A stretch of DNA of 64,000 nucleotides from Camelus dromedarius (taxonomy: Eukaryota), in assembly GCF_036321535.1 (NCBI RefSeq), contig NC_087436.1, positions 25,050,001-25,114,000 of the forward strand, given 5' to 3'. The notes beneath the pieces were generated by a model that was given only the letters and a program-made list of their open reading frames with translations, was not told the origin of the DNA and did not search any database. Shown piece by piece: positions 37,511 through 50,655 of this stretch (the stretch's first letter is position 1; every line of letters begins with the position of its first letter). The translations under genes were made by a program, and so were the position numbers.

Positions 37511-40500
37511 ATACCTAAAAAAATATGCCTCATGTCCTTAGGTAGCTTACATGCACTTACTATTTTCACATGTCTCTTCCCTTAAAGCCTCTTCCACTTA
37601 TCCCTTTATTTTTTTCCTACTAATTTTTTCTTTCTTTTTTTTTCAAAGGTTTTTTTTTTTTTTTTTTCATTTTCCCCTTTTCATAATTCAAGGCAGTGTT
37701 TAATGAGCAGTCCCTTCTAGGTGCTTATTCTATTTTTCAATTTTAAAACACTTGATAATGTTATTTGTATTGGAAATGGGTAGCAATATTGGTATCACCC
37801 AGATTTGAAGAGAGTCAAAGAGGATTATATGGATCAGATACAAATACAGCCTTTACCCCTGTGATTCAGGTAAAGTAGAAAGTATTTGTATTTCAGAAGT
37901 TCTACCAGGATTCTAAGGAAGGATAAAATTAATAAAAATGAAAAGAAATTTTCTTTCACCTTGCCAAATTTAAAAAAAAAAATGTAATCTTTACATGTAA
38001 AGTGCTTTGAGTATTTGGGGGAAATGCTTTGGATTGAGGTCATTGATTTAAATTCTATCCATTTCCTCCCTTTCCTACCCAATTGCCTTTGTTTCCCAGT
38101 CTCCCTCTTTTTAATTGGAGCTTTTCTCAAACTTGAGCTGATCTGAATGGAGTTACAAAGTGAAATTAACCAACTCCCTTGAAAGAAGTAGGGGTAGCAA
38201 TACTTTAGAAAGCTTGTTAATTTCTCTTTTCACTCTGCCTCCCTGCTTTGCTCCCAGGCCTTATTGAGAACCCCTGGAGAAGGGAAATTAACAAGCCCCC
38301 TGAAGCTGAACCACTACAGCCTTTCAAGGGAATTGGTTAATTTCACTTTGCTGCTCCATTTGGAGCAGCTGGGGGTACTGGTCTTGAGGGAAATTATAGG
38401 ACCTAGAGCTTGAAATCCCTTTACATTTTTTAAATAAAATTCTAAGTTTGCTTATCAAACTCAAAAATGGTGTTCACCATATGCTGGAAGTACTGGTTTA
38501 TATGCTCCCACAAACTGTATCTTTTCCTCAATTTTCATTTCTTAAGCCAGTTTGAGAGAATCTTTGAAAAATGTTTTGATTCCAAGTGCTTATTGAATAG
38601 ATTCTTTCCTCATTGTCTAATAATTACATGTATCAGTAAGCGACAAACAGTTAAAACGTTTCTTTTTTCTAGTATAGTTCTGAGTAGAGTACCTTTGCCC
38701 CTAACCCCTTTAAGAATCTACAGTACTTTTTTTGGTTCTTCTTTAGGAACTCAGTCTCTTAATGCAGAAGCATTCTCCATCAGGGCTGTTTCTAGGCTTC
38801 ACCCAGAGGGCATCATAGAAAGCAATCAGATGGCCCCTAGTAGCTTTTAAAATCCTCTCCTTCCTGAATTCTTTTAATACTTCGGTAACATTAGCAAACT
38901 TTTAAATTCGCAACCTGCTATTTTCCCAGGTTAATCAATTCATTGAGCATTAACAGTTTTAAAGTGCACTCTTGAGGCATCCCACCGTTAACCTCTTTAT
39001 ATTCTGAATCCTAACCATCTAATTCTTCTCACTTCTCTCGAAGATGTTTTAATGATTGTGCTCCATCTTGTACCTTATGGTTACTAAGTTTCCCGCTTAG
39101 TGGAGAAATTTTGTAAAAATCTACTCAGAGTCTCAAATGAGTTAGGTTTTTTTGCTTTCTATGTATGACCCTTCAATTATTTCCAGAATAATGAGAGCAA
39201 ACTGGAGATGGGCTGGCGAAAGTTAACATTCAAAAGTATGACAGTGTTTAAAGTCACTCTCATATTATCCACAGGCATTCCTGACAATCAGAGGTAGATG
39301 CTTCTTTTTGGTACTAATTTACATACATTTCTGTGGATCATCATTAGCTGCTGAGGGCTATTGTGTTGTGAATGTATTAAAAACTATTCTTTTTGAAAAT
39401 CATGAGAAACTCTGGTTTTGACATCACAGCCTCTGACAAGTAAACCTGTTCTCATTATCTCAACATCTATCTTGGCTTGTAAAAATCCTGCAGGTTTATG
39501 ATGCATCACGGTATCCTTCACTACTTCCTCTTGTTCTTCAACATAAAGCTGCCACTTATACTATAACAAGCTTGATAAGGTTGTCTTATAGATCCAGTTC
39601 GTTTCAACAGAACACAGCTGCAGACACTAATGTCCTTTTGCTGCAGCTCTTCACCTGAGTTACAGTATCATACTTGAGAGTTAGAAGGATGAACTACAGA
39701 TATACAGTATGCCTCAAATTACCTTTCATTCCTGAAGGGTTAGAGACTTAAATATCAAGATATGCATTCTAGCGTGAATGAAGGAAAAGTGCTGTTTTTG
39801 CACTTTCTCAAATGAGGCCATAGTCTTCCGCCATCTACTACACTATCCTTACTAAGTGGACAATAAGAAGAATAATAAACCATGGTTCATTTTAGATGTT
39901 AACCCACATCCAAATACCTGAATGACCTTCTCTCAAAGCTGTTTTAAATAAATGGTGTATAAAATACATACCAAGAGAGTATTAAACGGCTAAGTTGATA
40001 TTTGAGGCCTTCAGGGAGGTACTCGTTTCCAAAATTCCATGCTCTGTCACTTCTAATGATCTTTGGCTCTTCATTTAGCTGCGAGTTGGCTTTTTAATGA
40101 ACAAATGTCCTAACCAGTATGGATGGCATTCTTATTATGGCCATATATTTTGGAGGTGGGCTAGGAAATATAGTTACATAAGCATAAGGTGTAAGAGAAG
40201 TGAAAGAATCCCGGGAAATAGAGGGCATTCTTGACCCTATCAGAGGGATGATACATTTAGGGGATGAAGGTGCCTGTAGTGGTGACTGCCAGTTGATGAG
40301 TGAAGCCTGAAATCTTGTGCCCTGAAACTTTGGAGAGACTAGATTTATCTGTGTATTTGCTTGACTGTAAGTCTGAGCTAATGAGCACATAGTCCAGCCC
40401 ATAATCAGTGTGTGTGTGTGTGTGTCCTTTTCTGTCAGTTCTAGAAATCTGGAGTTTCGCTAGGGTTATAAAACAATGCTGGGGCCGTCTGAAGTATTCC

Positions 40501-41795
40501 AGGAACTATACAACCAAGCAAATGGCTCTTAGACCTTTTGAAATGTCTTGGATTCTTCTAGTTAGGGAAGGAAGAGGAAAGAATCTGTAAAGAATTCATC
40601 AGGTTTCCATTGGTTCTCTTAGGCCAGGAATTGTCCCCACGGAGTCGGTCTTGGTGGAGTTTAAGCCGCCCTTGTATTCCCAGTTTTGAATCCCAGCTTC
40701 AGAAACTCCTGGACTGTTCTGGGATCTTGGTAAGAGTTAAGTAGTTCAGTAGAATCATGGGCTTTCAAATGACAGTTAACAAGAGGGACTTTGATTATCA
40801 TTACCTCTGACTCAATTGGCTTCAGTCATGGAGTAAAAGACATTGTGACTCCTGAACAGCTCTATTCCTATGGAAGCATCTCTTCTTTACATTTGAAGCA
40901 AATATTGGGAACTAAGGGTTCCAGTTTATGTTAGCAACTTTACACACACTTGAAAAATTCTATTTGATATATCTTGAGGCTTTGAAAGTAGCCACATACC
41001 ATTTTAAAACACATTATGCCAAATGCTATGACTCTAATTAGACCTGCAGGAATTAGTGGCTTTTTACCATCAGAGACATTTGCCTTTTTACTATCTAGGG
41101 ATGCCAGACTAATCACGAAGCACAAATGGCATATGATAATTGCTTTAATAAAATTCCATTTGTCACCTAGATACAGAGTAGACCTGCATGTATATTTTCC
41201 ACATATTAATTAAACTTGTTTTCAGCATCTTTTAGAATTCTTCTTTTTAAAAATCTGCATAATATTTTTATTTACTTTAGAAGACCAGAAGTTAAAGAAA
41301 GATAGCTTCTGGGAATTTCTTTCCATGAATAGGATTCCAGATCCAAATAGTATTTAGCAAGCTAATGTTGTAAATCTATTTCAGATTCCTGCCATTTTGT
41401 TGATTTATAGAAAGAAATGAGTAGATAGCAAATGATTTAGCCATACACTTTATTTTTCATGCTGATTTGTGTTTGTAACCTGTATCATCAAGGGGATGAA
41501 ATCAGGGGTCTGGCAAAATATTGGTCAGGGTACTGTTAATTCACAAATGATGAGAAGGGAAGAGTTAAAGGATTTTTTTTTTTTTTTTTTTAGTATGCTG
41601 AATAGTGCTTTTCTGTTGAACAGCACTACATTGTCTGGAAGCAACAGCCCTTGAATGTTAAAACGGAACCATTTTGTCTTGTCCTGTTGCCATGGAAGAT
41701 GAGAAGGTGAATTTGGAAAAACAAACAGGAAGAGCCATGAAGAAATTAGATAGTGTATTTGAAGGCAATTTGCCCAGTGGTATTCTTTCTTGCCT

Positions 41796-41800
<5 letters not shown>

Positions 41801-41848
<48 letters not shown>
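41801..41848. repeat. (GT)24 microsatellite
   Basis: Perfect dinucleotide run. Confidence 0.98.
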
Positions 41849-41850
<2 letters not shown>

Positions 41851-42134
41851 TGGGGTGAATAAGCCCTCCTTATAGTGTTTTGAAGACACATTAGAGCTCT
41901 CATTGTTTTCCTTGGGCAGTGCAGACTGGGAAGCTATGGTGAAGTGAGACTAGCAGGTCACTGTGTACATGTGGGTCTGTTCTTCTGTTGGGTATTGCTA
42001 GGTACACTTACTGCACCACCTTAGGGGCAGTGCAATTACTTTTTGTGTTTATATGGCATACCTACCATACTTTGTCTTTGCAAAGGACATTTGAAAAAAT
42101 ATTTTATCTCTTTGGATCAGAAACCTTTCTCTTT

Positions 42135-42890
42135 GTTATGCCTTAATGAAAAATAAGTTCAAGATCTCAGTGGTTTACAAAAATAAGTTTATTTCTCACT
42201 CTGTCCATTGTAAAAAATTAATAAATAGAAACCTTAATTTCATAGAGTCTGAAGCCCTGAAGGGGGAGCTCTCATACCCTTTGATGATAGCAGATTCCAA
42301 TAGGAAGAAGAAAGACCCCCCTCTTTTTTCTTGGCAAGGACTCAGTCAATGGAAAACCATGGACTCTTTGTTTATCATAATCCCTTCAACTACCCTTCCC
42401 CCTCTGTAAAAGTGTTCTCCTTCCCTTGCTGTGGGGGGACTTGTATGTGGCTTGCCATGGTTGCAGACCCTGAATTTCAGTTCTTTTCTGATCCTGAATA
42501 GACCCATTTTTGTTGGAAACATATCTGGCAGTCTGTTTATTTCAGGTCAACACCACGCAGGTTCCACCAGAGCTGTGGCTCTGTATCACATACCTTCTTC
42601 ATTTGGGGATCCAGACTAAAGGCAAAGGCCTTATTTCAGTCTTGCAGCAGGGGAAAGAGCAATGGTGGAGCCATGCAATGGCCACTGGAGCATCTGCCCA
42701 GGTATTGCAGGTATTCTTTACCTACACTGCATTGGCCATAGTACAGTTACATGGTCAAGTGAGGTGTAAATGAGGTGGTGGTAGAGGTGCCTTTCCCAAA
42801 GAGAAACAGTGCCAGTCACATGGCAAAAGAGAGGGACATATTGTGAAGGGGACTGAAAATGAATAATTGAGATGAATAGTGCCAGTTTCA
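42135..42890 (-). mobile_element. Old MLT1-type LTR split by an ERV1 LTR
   Basis: atctcagtggtttacaaaaataagtttatttctcactc on the left, cattggccatagtacagttacatggtcaag on the right. Confidence 0.6.
42209..42552 (+). mobile_element. ERV1 solo LTR nested in the MLT1
   Basis: TG...CA ends, 4-bp TSD ccat/ccac, and the end tctggcagtctgtttatttcaggtcaaca. Confidence 0.78.
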
Positions 42891-42982
42891 TCACTCCTGG
42901 TCTGTTCTGAAGGCTTATGGAAGTAAAATGGGATACATGGAAGTCTGTGAGCCTTTTCTTCCAGGACTAGAAGATTGGCTTG

Positions 42983-43150
42983 CAGTGATTCCCAAACTTT
43001 AGAGTTCATAAGGCTTACTTGAATAACTTGTTAAAAATGCAGATTCTCAATGCCACCCCACCTCCACCCTATCCCCACTCTTGCTACGAACGTGATAGGT
43101 TAGCACTAAGGCCCAGGAACCTGCATTTAAAAAGTATCTTTGTGATCTGA
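42983..43150. mobile_element. MER5-like hAT fossil
   Basis: cagtgattcccaaactt...cttgttaaaaatgcagattc...ggcccaggaacctgcattt. Confidence 0.7.
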
Positions 43151-44759
43151 CCATGGCTCAGATGACCTCTATCCCTTTGTTTTCAGTCACATGTTTACTG
43201 TAACGTTTGTGGTTTGCAAGGTAAGAAGGAGAAGATCCAGGTAGCAAAGAGTTTCTATAAATTCCCATTCCCAGTTTTATATATTTCATAGAATTTTTGG
43301 CCTTGTCCAAAAGTACATATATTTTAACATCTCTCTTATTCTTCTCCATTCTCACTTACAGTGGGAAGAGAATTAGAAAAAAAGAACACAGGAGAGATGA
43401 TTAATATTATTGAGAGGGAAGTTTCTTTGTCATGTAGAAATTCCACTCTGAAGAATTGGAAATAGACTAGGAGGCAGATTCCCTGAAAAGACTCTGGGGT
43501 CACTGATTTGTGGATTCTCTGTCATCATGTCAAGATGGAAGGTTGACAGAAAAGACAACCTTCCTAGCCTGATCAGGTTCACTACCAGGATGAAACTGAG
43601 ATTCTGCGAAGAGGACAGATAACTATAAAAGGGGGAAAGAGATGGAGAGAGAAGGGAGCAGAGGGGAGGAGAAAGATATGGAGAGAAGGAACTCCAGGCA
43701 GATTGACCCTCTGTTTCTCTGGATATGACCATAATCCATGATTGGGAAGACTAACATATTCTTTCTTGTCATGGACCATACTGGTGCATCATTTGGGGTA
43801 TAGCTGAGAGAGCGTGAGGCTTGGAGATTCCTTTACCTTAGGAATCAGCATGGGTTTTGTCTCCTGTTTTGATTTCTATTAATACCAGGATCTTGCCACG
43901 CCAGTACTGCTTCGCCCTGATGTGTTTCTGAGAGACTGCTCTACGGAACTGTCGAGCATCCACCTGTGCCTGGTGCTGGAACTGGGATGGAGTGAGCACT
44001 AGCATTTTTGCTGTGGAGAAAAGGGCAGAAATAGCAACTCCCTTGCACTGTCATCCTAGACTGAAAGTGTTTTCTATCTTTTTCACTCTACTTTATATCA
44101 TTTGCATTTTTCCTTGATGCTACAATCTATTCAAACTCGACATTGAAAATGATTGAATTCATGTGATACACTGTCTAGTTAGTATGTTTCATTCAGCTAG
44201 TTTGGGAACCACTGCAGCAGGTCTGTCAGGCCTCTGTGATGTGACTTCTGTCTTGCGTGTTCTCCTGAGCACCACAGATGGCTTCATCTCTCCTCTTAAC
44301 AAGATGAGTCCATTCATGCTCATTTCTCCATTGGAAAAGCCAGTCCAGATTGTGTAACCCTACCTTACATTTCTTGTTGAGAGAGATGTATCTCTTGGTT
44401 CAGTTCTACACAATTTCATGGATCCAGGCACGTGAGTTATTGTAAGGAGGAAAAAAGGGATTTGACTTTTAGAAGGTCCATATCTGGTAATCCACAATTC
44501 TTTCTTTCCATATCTTATCAAAGGAGTATACCAACACATTTTAGAATTTATTTGTTTGTATAATAGATCTTAAATAATGTGTGGGCTTTAAATCTGGCTG
44601 GCATTTCTGTTATACAGTATATCCTACATTTGTGAGTAGGAGTTAGGGGCATTGGTACTTAGGACCAGGTCAGATCTTCTAACCTCAGTGTAATTTTCCA
44701 CCACACCAAGTTCCTTCTCATCTCAGGGAAGTGCTACAGTTCCTCCTTTGATTCATGAC

Positions 44760-45135
44760 CTTTCTTGACCCTGAGCATTCATACATACTTTGCACTTTTC
44801 TAGAATCTTCTTTTTCCCTCTTTTTCACTTGTGAACTGCTAACCCTGTAGGCCTAAACTTAGAAACATTTCCATTGCTAAGTCCTTCCTGACCATCAGGA
44901 CTACGGCCAGGTGTCCATCCCAACTACCTGCTCAATAATCTTTACCTGTTGTAGCAACAATATTTCAGAAACTGAATGTCTGCTTAGGTGTTTTTCTTAC
45001 CACTAACCTGAAAATTCTCTGAAAATGGGAATACCTGTTTTGTAATTTTTGTATTTCCAGAGCCTAGGACAGTCTCTGGGCACAGAACAGGGTACCAAAT
45101 TGCATTTTGGTGACTTAGGAATCAATAAATGAATG
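44760..45135 (+). mobile_element. L2 3' end remnant
   Basis: tgtatttccagagcctaggacagtctctgggcacagaacagg...aataaatgaatgga. Confidence 0.6.
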
Positions 45136-45679
45136 GATAATGTACTCTCTATATATCCTTGCATGAGGATGAGGTTAACTTGTGCTTATTTTAATAAACC
45201 CATGATGGACTTGAATTTACAGGCACACATTCGGTTCCAAGGAGCTACCTCAGTAGAATATCCTGTGCTGCTTTTTGTGATAATATTTGACATTGAAGAT
45301 TACATTGAAATTGATGTTGATGTTTGTACAGATATTTTTCAACATTAATCAAACACGTGACAGGAAAATACTGCTACAAGTTATGAAATTAAGTAGTTGA
45401 AGAGTAACACAACCCAAGTAAGTAGTAGCAACTCTAGTCTGTGTTCAGGGGGAAGATGTATAACCAAGGCAGCTGAGTCTACTTTCATTTACCATCTACC
45501 TTCTAGAACCATAAAATATTAATAATTTACAAACGACCTTAAAAATCCTCAGTTTAACTTCCAAACAGTGTAAGAATTCCTACAATAATATCTGTGAAAA
45601 GTAGCCCTTGAACCATGATTTTGATTCTTCAGAACTATCTCAACATATTAAAATCATTAGAAAACTGCAAATAGTGATA

Positions 45680-45880
45680 ATAATGACATAATAAATACCT
45701 TACCCGAGGTTCTAATCTGTGCTGAGCGCTGTGCTGAGTGTTATATATACATCATCTCCTTTAGTTTTCAAAGAAACCATATGAAGTAGGTTTTATTATT
45801 TCCATTTTACTAAAGCATAATAGCCAAGGCAGAGAGAAATTACAAAACAAGTCCAAGGTCCATACCTAGCAGTTACTAGT
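45680..45880 (-). mobile_element. MIR SINE remnant
   Basis: tgtgctgagcgctgtgctgagtg...atgaagtaggttttattatttccattttac...gtccaaggtccatacctag. Confidence 0.65.
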
Positions 45881-46136
45881 GATAAGATTTTACATTATTC
45901 TTTCAATGGCTGCAAGATACAAAACCTGTCTTTTAGGATATTTTATACCCTCTCAAAGATGTATTTCCTTCTATTTAGTTGTAATCTTTTATTTCCCTAA
46001 CTTCGTAGATGCATTTTAGTTTTGTTTTTTAGAGCAGCCCAGAAAAATCTCATCCCTCTTTTTTCAGCCCAGTTCTTCAGAAATTTGAAAATATATATTA
46101 CGTACTTTCTGATACTTTTCTCACTAAACAGATATC

Positions 46137-46525
46137 TGTTACGGGTTGAACTGTGTCCTCCCCTAAATTCACATGTTGAAGTTCTAACCCCTAGTATCTC
46201 AGAAAGTGATTTGGTGATAGAATGATTACAGAAGTAATCAAGTTAAAGTGAGGTCATTACTGTGGACCCCAATTAAATATAACTCATGTCCTTATAAAAA
46301 GGGGAATCTGGACACAGACACCTGCACAGAGGGGAGGTGATGTGAAGATACAGGAAGAAAACCATGGAACAGATCTTGTCCTCACAGCCTTCAGAAGGAA
46401 CCAGTCCTGCCAACACCTTGATTTTGGATATCTAGCCTCCAGAACTGTGAGAATAAATTTCTGTTGTTTATGCCATCCAGTTTGTGATAGACACTTTGCC
46501 ATGGATGCCCTACGAGACTAATACA
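46137..46525 (+). mobile_element. MaLR solo LTR (MLT1A-like)
   Basis: tgttacgggttgaactgtgtcc...gagaataaatttctgttgttta...gactaataca. TSD atatc/acatc. Confidence 0.9.
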
Positions 46526-46775
46526 ACATCCAGCATCCAGGGATTCTTTAGCTACCTTCTGCACCACTACTACCCCGTTGCCTTTGACCACAGTCATTCT
46601 GATGTATCATCATTCTACTTGAAATTTGATGCCAAGATTAAACCACTTATTCTGGATATGGTCTGACAAGTGAACAGAAGAAAGCAATGGTTGGTTTAAT
46701 TTTTTTTTCCTTTTTGTAGCTTCTGTTTCTCTATTAACATAACCTACATTACATTGAGTTTTAACAGCTAAAACT

Positions 46776-48733
46776 ATTTTTTTCACCCTAGATTCTTTTA
46801 TTTATTTAAAAATGTTTTTTCTCCTTTTTCAGTTTTATTAGGTAGAATTGTTACAGTTTGATTGCACATACACATTATATTGCATGTAAATACACATATG
46901 CACTATACTGCACATTTTTTTCATTTACATTTATGTACTAATTATTTTTTCTAAGAACAGACTAGAGCTTTAGCCTCTTAAACTTACATAGTTATCAAAG
47001 GAATAAAGCCAACTGCAAAATAAGAATCAACAGAATGTGGTAATCCAGTCATAAAGGACAGTCAAATGTGCTTACACATATTCAAGAAACAATCATCTTA
47101 GTTATAAATAATGAGTAGTCCATTTGTGTCCTTATTACTATTGTTATTATTTTTTAGATTCCTCATATAAATGATATATGGTATTTTTCTTTCTCTTTCT
47201 GGCCCACTTCATTTAGAATGACAATCTTCAGGTCTATCCATATTTCTGTAAATGGCATTATTTTATTCTTTTTTTTAATGACTGAGTAGTGTTCCATTGT
47301 ATATATGTATCACATCTTCTTTGTCCAGTCATCTGTTGATGGACATTTGGGTTGTTTCCATGTCTTGGCTATTATATATAGTGCTGCTATGGACATTGGG
47401 GTGAATGTGTCTTTTTGAATTTTATTTTTCTCTGGCTACATACCCAGGAGTGGGATTGCTGGATCACATGGTAACTCTATTTTCAGTTTTTCAAAGAACA
47501 TCCATACTGTCCTCCATAGTGGCTGCACCAATCTACACTCCCACCAACAGTGTAGGAGGGTTCCCTTTTCTCCACACCCTCTCCAGCATATATCATTTGT
47601 AGACTTTTCAGTGATGGCCATTCTGGCTGATGTGAGGTGATATCTCATTATAGTTTGATCTGCATTTTTCTGACAATTAGCGATGCTGAGCATTTTTTCA
47701 TGTGCCTATTGGCTATGTATGTCTTCATTGGAGAATTGCTTGTTTAGATCTGCCCATTTTTGGATTGGGTTGCTTGTTTCTTTGATATTAAGGTGTATGA
47801 GCTGTTTGTGTAGCTTGGAAATTAGTCCCTTGTCAGTCGCATCATTTGGAAATATCTTCTCCCATTCTGTAGGTTGTCTTTCAGTTTTGTTGATGGTATC
47901 CTTAGCTGTGTAAAAGCTTTTAAGTTTAATTAGATATACCTCATTTGTTTATTTTTGCTTTTCTTTCCAATACTTCAGGAGCTGGTTCAAAAAATATATT
48001 GCTGTAATGTATGTCCACAAGTGTTTTACCTATGTTTTCCTCTAGGAGTTTTATAGTATCTGATTTTGCATTTAGGTCTTTAATCCATTTGGAGTTTATT
48101 TTTGTACATGGTGTTGGAGAATGTTATAATTTCACTCTTTTACAGATAACTGTCCAGTCTTCCCAGCACCACTTATTGAAAGATTGTTTTTTCTCCATTG
48201 TATATTTTTGCTTCCTTTGTCATACATTAATTGACCATATGTGCGTGGGTTTATTTCTGGACTTTCTATCCTTTTTCATTGATCAATGTGTCTGTTTTTG
48301 TGCCAGTACTATACTGTTTTGATTACTGTAGCTTTGTAGTATAGTCTGAAGTCAGGGAGCATGATTCCCCCAGCTCCATTCTTCTTTTTCAAGATTGTTT
48401 TGGCTATTCGGGGTCTTTTGTGTTTCCATATAAATTTTTAACATTTTTTGTTTCAGCTCTGTGAAGAATGTCATTGGTAACTTGATAGGGACTGCACTGA
48501 ATATGTAAACTGCCTTGAGCAGCATGGCCATTTTAACAATATTGATTCTTCCAATCCAATAGTATAGTATATCTTTCCATTTGTTTATGTCACCTTCAGT
48601 TTCCTTCATCAGTGTCTAACAGTTTTCGGCATACAGGTCTTTTGCCTCCTTGGGTAGGTTTCTTCCCAGGTATTTTATTCTTTTTGGTGCAATAGTAAAT
48701 GGTATCATTTCCTTAATTTCCCTGTGTATTTTA
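46776..48733 (-). mobile_element. 5'-truncated L1 (ORF2 C-terminal third) with a non-L1 3' extension
   Basis: Decayed ORF2 peptides ([28 protein letters not shown]). 15-bp TSD ttaacagctaaaact at 46761-46775 and 48734-48748. Confidence 0.92.
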
Positions 48734-50057
48734 TTAACAGCTAAAACTGTTGACTCACTGTGAGCTTCTGCATTTTGGATCCACAAGTGGTGCTTTGAAA
48801 TCCTTGTGGACTGAAATCTTTCTCTACACAGTCAGCAGCTAGTTCATCATAAAATTTGAGGGAAAAAAATCCTGTTTTTCCCCATCTGTTCTCTTTGATT
48901 ACACAGAAATGGATGTCTTTTGTAGTACATCTTCTCTCAGACTACTAAAGTAGGGATAATCTCAATAACCATGTGCTTGGAAATAACAAACACAAAACAT
49001 TTCATAAAAAAAGGAAGAAATTTGTATAAAAGAAGTGGCTAGTGAGCAAAAGTATTTGCCACAACTAAAGTGGGACTCTTTCAGTAAACATATTAAAAGT
49101 AGCATTTCTCATTAAATATGTATTTGACAATATCAGAGTAGAAGTTGAATAAGTGTTCTTAAGAAAGTATTATCTTTCCAAGCAAATGATTACTGTTGAG
49201 AAGAAATGTATAAATCATGATGTTGACTCTCTCTTTGTAGCTAATGTACCTGAGTTGTTTTCATAAGAGCAGTAATACATTTTTCCTCTAATCTGTACAC
49301 ATTCTTTATATACTCACAATTAAATGTTATACAAATACATATATAAATATACATGTATGTACATATACACATATACACACAGCAACACAGAGATGGAATA
49401 ACACTTTCAGCAGCAATTTTTTTCTCTTGCAAAACTAGGTAACTTACATGAGTATTAAGCATACGACTTTGAATTAACACCATGATCTAAATGAAATAAC
49501 TGATCAGGTTCTAAAAACATTCCACATAGGAACATTTATGAAATATAGGCCTTATCTTTACAAACACATTCACACACAGAGACATAGAATGTGGTCACAT
49601 CTTATACAAATTTGAAATAGTGTGACATGGCATGTTAAGTCTCACTTATGATTATGAACTAATGCAAATTTAAGCTTTCTTCCCCCCAAATATTCAAGAA
49701 TTGCATTATTTGCGAGCCATTATTTGAAAACACATTTGAATGAATCATAAACTGAGTTGATGCTATTGTCACAAAGTAATGCCCCTTTATCCTTTGCACA
49801 GATGCCCTGCCATCCTTATTGGTCTCCTGCAAGTTGCACTCTTGGTGATACGTCAGGGCTCCTGTACTTCCCTGAGTGAGGGTCTTTTGTGGTGTTGTTT
49901 TCATTCACTGTGACACTTTAAAAACCCTTTTACATTTTATAACAATGTCATACAAGTGTTTACTAAGTAGTAAAGCTTATGCTAACACTGAAAAACACTC
50001 TTGAATGTCAATTATGTTGCAAAGGAAATCAGATGTAGTATAAGGTAGAGAGGAGTC

Positions 50058-50655
50058 TGTGGCAGGTAGCTTTCTATTGTGGCCTCCAGTGATGCCGATT
50101 TTCTGGCGTTCATGGATATGTGTAATCTCCTCCTGTTGATTGTGTGTTGGACCTAGCAACTCACTTCTAATTAGTAGAATATGCCAAAAGAGATACATGT
50201 CACATCTGAAATTAAGTCATAAAAGACTGACTTCAGTCTTGCTGTCCCCCCCGCCCCCGCAGCTCTTCTTGTTTACTTGTTTTGGGGAAACAAGCTGCTG
50301 TGTTATGAGCTCCATATGCAGAGGCCCATATGGTAAGGAATAGAGAGTAGCCTCTGGCCAACAGCTAGTGAGGGACTGAGGCCCTTAGTCCAACAGCCCA
50401 TGCAGAGCTAGATTCTTCCAACAATCATGGTCCAAATGAGGGTGGAAGCAGATCCTTTCTCACCTGAGCCTTGAGATGATTACAGCTCCTCTTGACATCT
50501 TGACTGCATCTTGATTATGAAAGACCTTAAGCTAGAGAACCCTACAAAGCCATGCCCAGGTTCCTAACAAACAGGAACTGTGAGATAAGAAATACTGTTA
50601 TTTCAAGCGACAGGTTTTGGGGTAATTGGTTATTCAGCAATAGGTAACTAATTCA
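50058..50655 (+). mobile_element. MaLR solo LTR (MLT1E/F-like)
   Basis: tgtggcagg...gcctctggccaacagctagtgagggactgaggccct...ttggggtaattggttattcagcaataggtaactaattca. Confidence 0.85.
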
